This document shows, in pieces, positions 1 to 9,558 of a stretch of DNA of 64,000 bases (positions within the stretch are counted from its first letter, which is position 1; each line of letters opens with the position of its first letter). Source of the DNA: Clostridia bacterium (GTDB lineage: Bacteria; Bacillota; Clostridia; Christensenellales; CAG-138); contig JAFYOP010000004.1 of NCBI GenBank assembly GCA_017547885.1, positions 195,287 to 259,286 on the forward strand. Reading direction: 5' to 3'. The notes beneath the pieces were generated by a model, which made no database searches, was not told where the DNA came from, and saw nothing but the letters and a program-made list of their open reading frames with translations. A program made the position numbers and the translations under genes.

Positions 1-180
1 GTATTCCCAGGGAACGGTTGTGCTTTCTCTGCTATCTGCAATCACCTCGGTATATAAGCCCCCGGCGTATGGTTCATAAATCATTTCTCCGTCGTGATCG
101 TTGTATAAACAACTATGCATACAAAACAACAGTATAACGATAGCCAAACATGTCATAATAATAGTTTTGCTGTCTTTCAT
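1..180 (-). CDS. Putative secreted protein or lipoprotein, N-terminal 60 codons only (runs off the left edge)
   Basis: Not in the ORF track. Reverse strand reads ATG at 180-178 preceded by AGGAG, then MKDSKTIIMTCLAIVILLFCMHSC... with a hydrophobic signal-like segment. It stays open to position 1. Confidence 0.4.
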   Translation of the reverse strand, partial: MKDSKTIIMTCLAIVILLFCMHSCLYNDHDGEMIYEPYAGGLYTEVIADSRESTTVPWEY

Positions 181-240
181 ATTCCTGCGTATCTCCTTTC
201 CTGTGCTTTGTATAAACTGCTGAATGCAGTGGTGCGTGCT

Positions 241-1335
241 TTACGGTTCAACTGCCTTAAGATAGGGATACGGATTGATGTACAGCCCGTCCGGTGCGAC
301 TATTGTAAGATGCAGATGGTCAAGGTCGCTGTTGCCGGTGTTGCCCACGTGGCCTATGAGGTCGCCGGCATTGACGGAATCCCCAACCTGCAAAAAGTCG
401 GTTTGGCGAATCATGTGATAGTAATGGAATTCATAGCCGTACTCATCCGTTACTATTACAGCATAGCCGGTACCGTCGCTGTAGCCTATGTAGGTTATGA
501 TACCGTCAGTGCAGCTGTACAGCTCCGCATCCGCGGGGGCCCATATGTCGGTGCCGGTGTGCTTGCGTATGCCGCCTGCCCGGTCGGCGTACCATGTCTT
601 GCGCAGACGGGTGTACTCGCCCATGGGCCATACTATGCCGCTTGCCAGATTGCCTTCCGCAGGGGGCTGTATGTATTCTTCATATTCACAGGCATTCTCA
701 TCGAATACCGTAAAGGTGTAGGAATACGAGAAGCTTCGGCTCATTATACGCTGAGGGTCGCTGTCGGGCAGAGCAAGAGCCTCCTTATAGGGCAGCGGGC
801 TGAGCTGTGCAGTCAGCTGGTAGCTGCCGTCGGCCTGCTGCTGAGCCTGCGCAGAAAGTGCCATAGCTGCCTTAATGTATCCTGCCGCCTCCTCGGGGCT
901 GCCGCTTGATAGCAGCAGGCTGAAGAGAAGCTGCCAAGAAGGAGCGTCCATATGAGCGGCAAAGGTAAAGCTCGGAGCCTGAGGGTGGGCGGCAAGCTGA
1001 TCCGCTGCTGCGTCCAGCGCTTGCTTAAACTGGGTCACAATATCCGCCGTCATGGCAGGCAGCCATGCACGGTCCTCATCATCTGTGCCGAATATCTGCC
1101 ATCTTTCTTCCTGCGCAAACATGTTTTCCGGCAGATAATCCCCAAGTATCGGGGCAGCGGATTGTTCCCACAGCGCATGCAGCTCCGCGCAGAGAGCCTC
1201 GCCGTCCAGTGGGGCGGGAGTTGGCTCGGGGGTGGGGGCAGGTATGGGAGTGGGCTCGGGTGCGGTCTGTATGGGTGTACAGCCGCATATCAGCAATATA
1301 AGCGCAAGCAGGAGTGCGGAAAGTTTTATGTTCAT
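241..1335 (-). CDS. M23 (LytM-type) metallopeptidase lipoprotein
   Basis: Signal peptide with lipobox (LLICGC) and a Pro/Thr linker. C-terminus has HTGTDIWAP...GNTGNSDLDHLHLTI, typical of the M23 family. I prefer the ATG at 1335 (GAGGG about 9 nt upstream) over the GTG at 1344. Confidence 0.85.
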   Translation of the reverse strand: MNIKLSALLLALILLICGCTPIQTAPEPTPIPAPTPEPTPAPLDGEALCAELHALWEQSAAPILGDYLPENMFAQEERWQIFGTDDEDRAWLPAMTADIVTQFKQALDAAADQLAAHPQAPSFTFAAHMDAPSWQLLFSLLLSSGSPEEAAGYIKAAMALSAQAQQQADGSYQLTAQLSPLPYKEALALPDSDPQRIMSRSFSYSYTFTVFDENACEYEEYIQPPAEGNLASGIVWPMGEYTRLRKTWYADRAGGIRKHTGTDIWAPADAELYSCTDGIITYIGYSDGTGYAVIVTDEYGYEFHYYHMIRQTDFLQVGDSVNAGDLIGHVGNTGNSDLDHLHLTIVAPDGLYINPYPYLKAVEP

Positions 1336-1491
1336 CAGGTGCACCCTCGTGGTAAAGTTTACCCATAATTATACAGGAATTTAATTGAAAGGGAAAGGGA
1401 TTAACTACTATACGATGGTGGAAAGGAATTTTTGTTTAGTATATAATTAAGAAAAATATATGAAGAATAATAAATGTATGGGAGAGATAAA

Positions 1492-2343
1492 ATGGACTTA
1501 TTGCTGAATACTATTTTAGGATTATCTGAAAAGGATATTCAAAACAGTAAAATAGAGTTTAATATGCAAGCAGGAGTTAGAGGTGAACTGTTTATTGACC
1601 GTTGGTTGCGGGCAAGCCATGAAGAAAAAGAAAATGGGACATGTAAGGAGTGTTCGTTTTGGGGATGGTATGGTGATAAAAGAAATTTTCTCCCGGGACA
1701 AAAAGTATTTAGTTTTATTCGCATAAGGGATGAAGAATGGCTTTTTATTTCAGCAGGCACTGTTTTAGATGTACCAGAAGGAACTTGGGCGAAAGTTGAG
1801 ATTATTGAAAAAGTAAAACCGTTTTTTGGCCGCCTTATTATCCACTGTAAAAAAGGAAATACATATGGAAGGTATACATTTAATATCAGCACATTCATAA
1901 ATTCTGCTGTCGTAAAGGAGATATTGCCAAGCATATACAGTGGAGAACAATTTAATGGATATGATAATGTTCATCTTGAGTTTCGTAAGCTGTCAGCAGT
2001 TTTCGAAGGGAAAATAATGCCGACATATCAGCAGGCGCTGGAAAAAATAACTGGAATTTACTGCTTGACGGATACAAAAACAGGTAAACTTTATATTGGG
2101 TCTGCAACAGGAGAAGGCGGCGTAGCGCAACGGTGGGGCAATTATCTTGAAACAAAGCATGGGGGCAATGTTAAACTAAGGCAACTGTTTAATGAAAAAG
2201 GAAAAGAATATTTTGAGGAGTATTTCACATTTACTTTGCTTGAATATTTTGGTCTATCATATGATCATGATAAAATAATACAGAGAGAACAGTATTGGAA
2301 AAAGTGCTTAAATACGATAAGTAATGGATATAACGATAATTAA
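1492..2343 (+). CDS. GIY-YIG nuclease-domain protein with an unassigned ~190-aa N-terminal domain
   Basis: C-terminal GIYCLTDTKTGKLYIGSA...RWGNY...E...N matches the GIY-YIG catalytic pattern. ATG at 1492 follows GGAGAG. The gene is clearly AT-rich relative to its flanks. Confidence 0.75.
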   Translation: MDLLLNTILGLSEKDIQNSKIEFNMQAGVRGELFIDRWLRASHEEKENGTCKECSFWGWYGDKRNFLPGQKVFSFIRIRDEEWLFISAGTVLDVPEGTWAKVEIIEKVKPFFGRLIIHCKKGNTYGRYTFNISTFINSAVVKEILPSIYSGEQFNGYDNVHLEFRKLSAVFEGKIMPTYQQALEKITGIYCLTDTKTGKLYIGSATGEGGVAQRWGNYLETKHGGNVKLRQLFNEKGKEYFEEYFTFTLLEYFGLSYDHDKIIQREQYWKKCLNTISNGYNDN

Positions 2344-2345
2344 TT

Positions 2346-2369
2346 AAAAGGCCGCATAGCGGCCTAAAA
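2346..2369. terminator. Bidirectional rho-independent terminator
   Basis: AGGCCGC-ATA-GCGGCCT hairpin flanked by A/T runs, between the convergent GIY-YIG and TetR genes. Confidence 0.6.
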
Positions 2370-2374
2370 TTATT

Positions 2375-2941
2375 TTACTCACACACCAGCGCCTCTGTCA
2401 GCGCCTCGATGGGTATGCTGCTCATGCCGCCGAAGGATTGCAGCATGTGGCCGGTGAGCAGGGTGAAGAAAAGCTCTGCCCTGTCTCCAAGGATGCGGGC
2501 GTTGCGGGACTGCATGCGCAGAGCGCCCAGCTCCAGCATCAGCTTCCACTGCTGGCGCTGCTCTGCCATCAGCTGACGGATGGGGGTATCCTCTGTGGAG
2601 CACTCGGCACAGAGGACGGCGTACAGCCTTGCGTGCTGTTCGTCCTGCATTATGGAGGTAAACAGGCGGTTTATGGCAGGGGCAAGGGGTTCGTCACGGG
2701 TGAGGCCGTCCAGCCAGGTGAGCAGTATGTCGCTCATATGGGCAAGGCAGCCCTCGGCAATGGTGAGGATAAGCTCATCCTTGGCAGGGTAATAGTAATA
2801 CAGAGTACCCTTGCTTAGCTTTGCCTCGGCGGCGATATCGCCAAGGCTTGTGCCGTGGACGCCACGGCGGGTAAAAAGGGAAGCGGCGGTGGCAAGTATT
2901 GCCTCCCTTACGCTTGGGTATTCACCATGTTTTCTTGCCAT
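2375..2941 (-). CDS. TetR/AcrR family transcriptional regulator
   Basis: N-terminal helix-turn-helix LFTRRGVHGTSLGDIAAEAKLSKGTLYYYYPAKDEL is a TetR signature. Confidence 0.9.
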   Translation of the reverse strand: MARKHGEYPSVREAILATAASLFTRRGVHGTSLGDIAAEAKLSKGTLYYYYPAKDELILTIAEGCLAHMSDILLTWLDGLTRDEPLAPAINRLFTSIMQDEQHARLYAVLCAECSTEDTPIRQLMAEQRQQWKLMLELGALRMQSRNARILGDRAELFFTLLTGHMLQSFGGMSSIPIEALTEALVCE

Positions 2942-3199
2942 GCTGTCCTCCGAAAAGATAGAATCGGCCTTTTGTACGAAAATATAGTGTAATTATACAA
3001 TAGCATTTGCATCATAACAAGATAAAAGCCGTGACAAACCTTGCGGAAATATACGGAAAATAAAAGTTGCTTTTTATATGAGCTTGTTTTTAGAACCCGG
3101 TTAAACATTGAGGTGTATCCGGCAAATTTCCGCAAGGCTTGCTCACGATGGGTATGTTTGATAATATTATTGTATATATCAATTCTTTGGAGATACGCC

Positions 3200-4423
3200 A
3201 TGCTCAATGTACTGACGCCTGATGAAACCCTTGAGCTTATAAAAAAAGAATTTGCACACATAGCGCCGCAGCCTGAAACTGTGGGGCTTGGCTTTGCTGT
3301 GGGCCGCGTGCTGTATGAGGACGTGGCGGCCACGGAATATGTGCCGGGCTTTGACCGCTCCACAGTGGACGGATATGCCGTAAAAGCGGCGGATACATTT
3401 GGCTGCAGCGATGCCATACCCGCAATACTTCAGGTGGCGGGCAAGGTGCTTATGGGGGAAGATGCGGACATTATACTGTCTGAAGGACAGTGCTGTGCCG
3501 TGCCCACGGGAGGCGCAGTCCCACAGGGTGCTGACAGCGTTGTGATGGTGGAATATACCGAGGATTATGGAGACGGCACCGTGGGCATAGGCAAGGCGGC
3601 GGCCCCGGGGCAAAATATGATATTCAAAGGGGACGATGTATTCCCCGGCAAAACCATACTTAAAAAAGGACGCAGGCTGTCCTCTCAGGATATAGGCGCC
3701 CTTGCCGCAATAGGAAAAGCCAATGTGACGGTTGCGAAAAAGCCCCGCATCGCCGTGATATCCACCGGAGATGAGCTGGTATTGCCCTCAGAGACCCCAA
3801 AGGCGGGGCAGGTGCGTGACGTTAACGGCGCGCTGCTCTCGGCAATGCTCACTTCGTTTGGGGCGGAGCCTGTAACGCTGGGCATAATAAAGGATAACGA
3901 GGAAGAATTGAGAAAGGCGGTATCCGCCGCAGTGCAGAGCTGCGATGCAGTATTGCTTTCCGGCGGCAGCAGCGTAGGGGAAAAGGACGCTGCCGCAAAG
4001 GTGATAGGCAGCCTTGGGGAAATGCTGCTCCACGGCATAGCCATGAAGCCCGGCAAGCCCACCATAATGGGAAGGGTGCAGGGGAAGCCGGTGATAGGAT
4101 TGCCGGGGCATCCTGTGGCGGTGTATTTTGTATCCCGTGCGGTGGTGCTGCCGCTGCTGGGATATTTTACCGGGCTGGATATGCCAAGCCATACAATAGC
4201 TGCTGAGCTTAGCGAAAGCGTAAGCGCAAACCATGGCAGGGCACAGTATCACTGCGTGCGGCTGCAAAGGGAGGGAGAGAGACTCATTGCCTATCCTATA
4301 CGCAGCAAATCCGGCCTCATAACCACTCTTGCGGGGGCGGATGGGTATTTCTGCATTCCCAGAGACTGTGAAGGGCTTCCCAGGGGAGCGGCGGTACAAA
4401 TAACTTTATGTGCGAGGGAGTAA
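3200..4423 (+). CDS. moeA: Molybdopterin molybdenum/tungsten transferase MoeA
   Basis: MoeA N, MoCF-binding and C-terminal domains (SGGSSVGEKD, MKPGKP). ATG at 3200 has GGAG upstream. The 53-aa extension in the ORF track looks spurious. Confidence 0.9.
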   Translation: MLNVLTPDETLELIKKEFAHIAPQPETVGLGFAVGRVLYEDVAATEYVPGFDRSTVDGYAVKAADTFGCSDAIPAILQVAGKVLMGEDADIILSEGQCCAVPTGGAVPQGADSVVMVEYTEDYGDGTVGIGKAAAPGQNMIFKGDDVFPGKTILKKGRRLSSQDIGALAAIGKANVTVAKKPRIAVISTGDELVLPSETPKAGQVRDVNGALLSAMLTSFGAEPVTLGIIKDNEEELRKAVSAAVQSCDAVLLSGGSSVGEKDAAAKVIGSLGEMLLHGIAMKPGKPTIMGRVQGKPVIGLPGHPVAVYFVSRAVVLPLLGYFTGLDMPSHTIAAELSESVSANHGRAQYHCVRLQREGERLIAYPIRSKSGLITTLAGADGYFCIPRDCEGLPRGAAVQITLCARE

Positions 4424-4426
4424 AAC

Positions 4427-6334
4427 ATGGCTTTTGAATACCTTACCAACCTGCCCCTTGAGCAGGCGCGTCATGATTATATTGAGTTACTGGTTGAAAA
4501 AGGCATGGGTTCTGTGCCGGAAACCATACCTGTGGCTGAGGCAGGGGGGAGGATAACCGCAGAGGCGGTGTATGCCGGCATCAGCGCCCCCCACTATGCC
4601 GCCAGTGCCATGGATGGCATAGCTGTGCTTGCAAAAGACAGCTTTGGCGCAACGGAATCCACACCTGTCACGCTGACTGCGGGTCAATTTATAGTGGTGG
4701 ATACAGGCGATCCTATTCCCGAGGGATGCGACGCCGTAATAATGGTGGAAGATATTGTTGAAAATACCGATGGTTCGGTCACGATACATTCTGCCGCCGC
4801 ACCGTGGCAGCATATCCGCCAGATAGGCGAGGATATATGTGCGGGCGAAATGATAGTGGGCAGCTATACAGAGCTTACGCCTGCCGCAATAGGCGCAATG
4901 ATAGCGGGCGGCGTAGGAGAGGTAAAGGTGATAAAGCGCCCTGTGGTGGGCATAATTCCCACGGGGGACGAAATTATTCCTCCCTGTCCCAATCCTGAGC
5001 CCGGGCAGATACTGGAATTCAACTCCGCCATATTTTCCTCCATGCTGAAGGCCTGGGGAGCGGAGGCGGTAACTTACCCAATTGTGCCGGACAAGTATGA
5101 CATGATACTTGAGGCGCTTAATAAGGCTCTTGATGAGTGCGACGCAGTGCTGCTCAACGCAGGCTCTTCCGCAGGCAGGGACGATTATTCCGCAAAGGCC
5201 ATCGCTCAGGCAGGACAGGTGCTGTATCATGGCATAGCCATGAAGCCGGGCAAGCCCGCCATACTGGGCTGCAGGGAGGATAAGCCCATACTGGGCGTGC
5301 CGGGATATCCCGTTTCCGGCATAATTGTAATAGAGGAGCTGCTCAGGCCCATTATAGACATATGCATGGGCAGGGGAAAGGCAGCCTGCCAAACCGCAGA
5401 GGCGGTGCTTACACGTCCTGTGGTATCCGGTCTTAAGTATCAGGAGTTTGTCCGCGTACGTCTGGGGCGGGTGGGTGATAAGCTGACCGCATCTCCCCTG
5501 AACAGGGGCAGCGGAGTTGTGTCATCCTTTATGAAGGCGGATGGCGTACTGGAAGTGCCCCAGGGTCTGGAGGGCTATGAGGCGGGGCAAAAAGTAAATG
5601 TTCGTTTGCTTACGGATAAAGCACGCCTTGACAATACCCTTGTGGTGATAGGCAGCCATGACCCCCTTCTTGATGAGCTGGGGGACATGATGCATCGTCA
5701 GGACAGGAGCATGTACATGAGCTCCTCCCATGTGGGTTCCATGGGCGGCATAATGGCTCTTAAGCGTGGGGAAGCCCATGCTGCCGGCTGCCATCTGCTG
5801 GACTCTGAAACAGGCGAATACAATTTATCATTTATCAGGAAATACTTCCCCAACGGCGGCGTAAAGCTTATCCGCTGCGTGGGCCGTCAGCAGGGCCTGA
5901 TGGTACAGAAGGGCAACCCGCTGGGCCTTAAAGGCTTTGCAGACGTGGCGAAGGATGGGGTACGCTATGTGAACCGTCAGAAGGGCTCCGGTACCCGTAT
6001 ACTTGCGGACTATCTGTGCACAAAGGAAAACATAGACAGATCCTCCGTATACGGATATGACCGGGAGGAACTTACACATACCTCCGTTGCAATACAGATA
6101 GCCTCCGGCTCTGCAGATGCGGGCATGGGCATATACTCTGCCGCAAAGCTTTACGATTTGGACTTTTTGCCGGTGTGCATAGAGGAATATGACCTGCTGA
6201 TACCGGATTTCGCTTATGATACTCCCATGGTAAGGCAAATGCTGGATACCATGACAAGCAGTGAATTTAAGGCACGTCTTGAGGTACTGGGCGGATACAC
6301 GTTAGACGGCATAGGAGAGGAAATACCTTTATAA
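4427..6334 (+). CDS. MoeA paralogue fused to a C-terminal periplasmic-binding-protein-like (molybdate/tungstate-binding type) domain
   Basis: The first ~400 aa are MoeA-like (AGSSAGRDDY, MKPGKP). The C-terminal ~230 aa (VVIGSHDPLLD...GGIMALKRGEAH...VNRQKGSGTR) resemble the PBP domain fused to MoeA in many anaerobes. Confidence 0.85.
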   Translation: MAFEYLTNLPLEQARHDYIELLVEKGMGSVPETIPVAEAGGRITAEAVYAGISAPHYAASAMDGIAVLAKDSFGATESTPVTLTAGQFIVVDTGDPIPEGCDAVIMVEDIVENTDGSVTIHSAAAPWQHIRQIGEDICAGEMIVGSYTELTPAAIGAMIAGGVGEVKVIKRPVVGIIPTGDEIIPPCPNPEPGQILEFNSAIFSSMLKAWGAEAVTYPIVPDKYDMILEALNKALDECDAVLLNAGSSAGRDDYSAKAIAQAGQVLYHGIAMKPGKPAILGCREDKPILGVPGYPVSGIIVIEELLRPIIDICMGRGKAACQTAEAVLTRPVVSGLKYQEFVRVRLGRVGDKLTASPLNRGSGVVSSFMKADGVLEVPQGLEGYEAGQKVNVRLLTDKARLDNTLVVIGSHDPLLDELGDMMHRQDRSMYMSSSHVGSMGGIMALKRGEAHAAGCHLLDSETGEYNLSFIRKYFPNGGVKLIRCVGRQQGLMVQKGNPLGLKGFADVAKDGVRYVNRQKGSGTRILADYLCTKENIDRSSVYGYDREELTHTSVAIQIASGSADAGMGIYSAAKLYDLDFLPVCIEEYDLLIPDFAYDTPMVRQMLDTMTSSEFKARLEVLGGYTLDGIGEEIPL

Positions 6335-6357
6335 TAGACTGATGTGATTATTTTACG

Positions 6358-6390
6358 AAAGAGGATGGCGTGATACATCCTCTTTTTTTG
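6358..6390 (+). terminator. Rho-independent terminator after the moeA pair
   Basis: AAAGAGGATG...CATCCTCTTT stem followed by a T-run. Confidence 0.7.
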
Positions 6391-6640
6391 TTGGATGTCC
6401 TGTGCTCTGTTTCGGTTTGGTACATTGCTTCTTCAATAAATAGTTTAATTGTGGTTTTGCCTTTACTTTGCAGTTTTTTTACTTTATAATATTAGCATAT
6501 ATTTGTTAATCTAATAATTATCAATAGACTAATTACACATTTAAATATTAAGCATATTATTATATAGCTTGTTTTGCTGATAATGCGTCCCTGCAATATC
6601 ATAGATGTACTCCAAATTTTTTAGAAGAAAGGAACTGCTT

Positions 6641-7126
6641 ATGGCTCAAATCAGTGAAAACGGAAGGGTGGAAATCTGCGCTATATGTGAAAAGTACGCA
6701 GATGAAACTACCCCCCTGATGATGATCCTCAGCGACATCCAGAAGAAGTTCGGCTATATTCCTCTGGAGGCTCAGGAAATAGTGTCTGAGAAAATTGGCA
6801 TTTCCGTAGCAGAGATCTACGGCGTTGTCACTTTCTATTCATTCTTCTCTCTCAAGCCAAAGGGCAAGTACATCATCGGCTGCTGCCTGGGCACTGCCTG
6901 CTATGTTAAGGGCGCTCAGCAGATAATCGACAAGTTCTCCGAAATACTGGGTATTGCCCCCGGCGAGACCACTGCAGACGGCATGTTTACCATTGACGCG
7001 CTGCGCTGTATCGGTGCCTGCGGCATTGCGCCCGCCGTCACCATAAACGGCAAGGTATACCCCAAGATGACCGTAGACAAGGTATCCGAAGTGGTTAAGG
7101 AATATCGCAGCATGGAGGGTGCATGA
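6641..7126 (+). CDS. NuoE/HndA-like thioredoxin-fold [2Fe-2S] subunit
   Basis: Shows the CLGTACYVKG...CIGACGIAP cysteine pattern of NuoE-type 24-kDa subunits. ATG at 6641 follows GAAAGG. Confidence 0.85.
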   Translation: MAQISENGRVEICAICEKYADETTPLMMILSDIQKKFGYIPLEAQEIVSEKIGISVAEIYGVVTFYSFFSLKPKGKYIIGCCLGTACYVKGAQQIIDKFSEILGIAPGETTADGMFTIDALRCIGACGIAPAVTINGKVYPKMTVDKVSEVVKEYRSMEGA

Positions 7127-9012
7127 TCATGATAAAAAACTATGAAGAGCTTTATGCAAAATTAGAAAGCTGTACCACCGCCCTTGCATGGAAGCTGGAC
7201 GGCAGAAGCGGCAAGCGCGCCGTTGTTCTCTGCGGCGGTACCGGCTGCCTTTCCTCAGATTCTGCTGCCATAAGGGAAAAGTTCCAGAAAATGGTAGAGG
7301 AAAAGGGCCTTTCTGATAAGGTTACCGTAAATCAGGTAGGCTGCTTCGGCTTCTGCTCCCAGGGTCCCTTCGTAAAGATATATCCCGAAGATACTCTCTA
7401 TCGTCTTGTAAAGATGGAGGACGTTGAGGAGATCGTTGAAAAGGACCTTATCGGCGGCGAAGTAGTAGAGCGTCTGCTGTTTGTAGACCCTGCCACCAAG
7501 GAAAAGATAATCAAGCAGGACGAAATAAACTTCTACAAGAAGCAGCGTCGCGTTGCGCTTAACGGCTGCGGCGTAATCAATCCCGAAGACATTAACGAAG
7601 CCATGGGCTATGGCGCATTCAAGGGCCTTGCCCGTGCCCTTCAGATGGATCGTCAGGAGGTTATAAACGAGATACTGGCCTCCGGCCTGCGCGGACGCGG
7701 CGGCGGCGGCTTCCCCACCGGCCGCAAGTGGCAGTTTGCCTACAATTCCCCCGGCGAAGTAAAATACGTGGTCTGCAACGGTGACGAGGGCGACCCCGGC
7801 GCATTCATGGACCGCTCCATATTCGAAGGTAATCCTCTTGCCGTTATCGAGGGCATGATGATCGCCGGCTACGCCATCGGCGCACAGAACGGCTATTTCT
7901 ACGTTCGCGCTGAGTATCCCGTAGCTGTTAACCGCCTCCAGATAGCCATCAATCAGGCTCGCGAGCTGGGTCTGCTGGGCGAAAATATTCTGGGCAGCGG
8001 CTTCAACTTTGATCTGCATATCCGCCTTGGCGCAGGCGCATTCGTCTGCGGCGAGGAAACCGCGCTGCTCAACTCCATCGAGGGTAAGCGCGGTACTCCC
8101 CGTCCCCGTCCTCCCTTCCCTGCGGTCAAGGGTCTGTGGGCAAAGCCCACCATCGTAAACAACGTTGAGACCATGGCCTGCGTACCCTACATCCTCCGTG
8201 AAGGCGCGGCCAAGTTTGCAGAGTGCGGCACCGAAAGATCCAAGGGTACCAAGGTATTTGCTCTGGGCGGCAAGGTAAATAACGTAGGTCTGGTTGAGAT
8301 CCCCATGGGTACCACCATCCGCGAGCTGGTTTACGATATCGGCGGCGGCATCCCCGGCAATAAGAAGTTCAAGGCTATACAGACCGGCGGTCCTTCCGGC
8401 GGCTGCCTTACCGCAGAATATCTGGATGAACCCATTGACTTTGACTCCCTCACCGCAAAGGGATCCATGATGGGCTCCGGCGGCGCCATAGTTATGGACG
8501 AAGACAACTGCATGGTAGACGTTGCAAAGTTCTACATGGAATTCATCTGCGACGAATCCTGCGGAAAGTGCACCCCCTGCCGCGTTGGTACCAAGCGCAT
8601 GCTTGAGATACTGACCAAGATAACCGAAGGCAAGGGCACTTTGGAAGATATCGATAAGCTGGAAGAGCTTTCCGCGCTTATCAAGAGCAGCTCCCTCTGC
8701 GCGCTGGGTCAGACCGCATCCAATCCTGTTGTATCTACCATGAAGCACTTCAGGGATGAATACATTGCCCACGTTGTGGATAAGAAGTGCCCCGCAAAGG
8801 TTTGCAAGAACCTTATGCAGTACGTTATCGACAAGGAAAAGTGCATCGGCTGCGGAATGTGCGCACGTCAGTGCCCCGCAAACGCCATCACCAAGACAGA
8901 CTACACTGCCCCCGGCAAGAAGCTGCCTGCAATGGCTATCGATACCGACAAGTGCGTCAAGTGCGGCGCATGTATCGCAACCTGCAAATTCGGCGCTATC
9001 TCCAAGCAGTAA
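7123..9012 (+). CDS. NuoF/HndC-like NAD(P)H-binding FMN/Fe-S subunit with N-terminal 2Fe-2S and C-terminal 2x[4Fe-4S] ferredoxin domains
   Basis: GLRGRGGGGFPTG (FMN/NADH site), ESCGKCTPCR (N3 cluster) and two CxxCxxCxxxC motifs at the C-terminus. The start overlaps the upstream stop (ATGA). Confidence 0.9.
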   Translation: MIMIKNYEELYAKLESCTTALAWKLDGRSGKRAVVLCGGTGCLSSDSAAIREKFQKMVEEKGLSDKVTVNQVGCFGFCSQGPFVKIYPEDTLYRLVKMEDVEEIVEKDLIGGEVVERLLFVDPATKEKIIKQDEINFYKKQRRVALNGCGVINPEDINEAMGYGAFKGLARALQMDRQEVINEILASGLRGRGGGGFPTGRKWQFAYNSPGEVKYVVCNGDEGDPGAFMDRSIFEGNPLAVIEGMMIAGYAIGAQNGYFYVRAEYPVAVNRLQIAINQARELGLLGENILGSGFNFDLHIRLGAGAFVCGEETALLNSIEGKRGTPRPRPPFPAVKGLWAKPTIVNNVETMACVPYILREGAAKFAECGTERSKGTKVFALGGKVNNVGLVEIPMGTTIRELVYDIGGGIPGNKKFKAIQTGGPSGGCLTAEYLDEPIDFDSLTAKGSMMGSGGAIVMDEDNCMVDVAKFYMEFICDESCGKCTPCRVGTKRMLEILTKITEGKGTLEDIDKLEELSALIKSSSLCALGQTASNPVVSTMKHFRDEYIAHVVDKKCPAKVCKNLMQYVIDKEKCIGCGMCARQCPANAITKTDYTAPGKKLPAMAIDTDKCVKCGACIATCKFGAISKQ

Positions 9013-9028
9013 TAACACACATAACATA

Positions 9029-9060
9029 CCGCCCGGCTTTGTCCGGGCGGTTTTGTATTT
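9029..9060 (+). terminator. Rho-independent terminator
   Basis: CCGCCCGG-CTTTGT-CCGGGCGG followed by TTTTGTATTT. Confidence 0.7.
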
Positions 9061-9064
9061 GCAG

Positions 9065-9097
9065 CATAAAAAAGGAACGGAGGATTTCCGTTCCTTT
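9065..9097 (-). terminator. Rho-independent terminator ending the minus-strand fdhA operon
   Basis: AAAGGAACGGA...TCCGTTCCTTT hairpin, followed on the minus strand by TTTTTTATG. It lies just downstream of the 9117 stop. Confidence 0.6.
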
Positions 9098-9116
9098 CTT
9101 ATGCCTGTGCAAGTGC

Positions 9117-9458
9117 TTATTCCATGTGGGATTCTTCGTTTTTTATCTCCCAATGGATAATGAGGGTAAGTGCGCCGCGCAGCAGTATTACGGCACCCAA
9201 TATCAGCAGTTCGCTCCATTCGCGTACTATAACGGTGCGCAGCACTTCTCCACCCAGCTTAAATTCCAATGCAAGCGCTATACCCTTTGCAAGGGCAAGG
9301 CGAACATCAGGGTCGTGTTTGATGTAGCCTCGTATGCTTTTTATCGCGGTGGACATAAGAATCATAACACCGGCGCATTCGATCAATATAACGCCGTACT
9401 GAACAATTATGCTGAAAATTCCTTCAACATGATGCAAAAGATCCATTTGTAACAACAT
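9117..9458 (-). CDS. Small membrane protein (DUF1622-like)
   Basis: 113 aa with three hydrophobic segments. The LALEFKLGGEVLRT motif matches my recollection of DUF1622. Confidence 0.6.
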   Translation of the reverse strand: MLLQMDLLHHVEGIFSIIVQYGVILIECAGVMILMSTAIKSIRGYIKHDPDVRLALAKGIALALEFKLGGEVLRTVIVREWSELLILGAVILLRGALTLIIHWEIKNEESHME

Positions 9459-9558
9459 CTCCTTGAGGATCGTGCCTTTTTCGCTGCCGGGCAGTGAAAA
9501 AGGGCAGGTTTATTTTTTTGAAATACACGCCGGATATCAATGCTGATTATAAATGGTA

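Noticed and set aside
115-909. A 264-aa plus-strand ORF at the left end.
   Set aside because: It is antisense to the well-supported M23 peptidase gene and has no recognisable motifs.
9471-9510. A 14-bp-stem hairpin between the DUF1576-like and DUF1622-like genes, considered as a plus-strand terminator.
   Set aside because: No plus-strand gene ends here. On the minus strand it lacks a U-tract. I treat it as an intercistronic mRNA structure of unknown significance rather than an annotated terminator.
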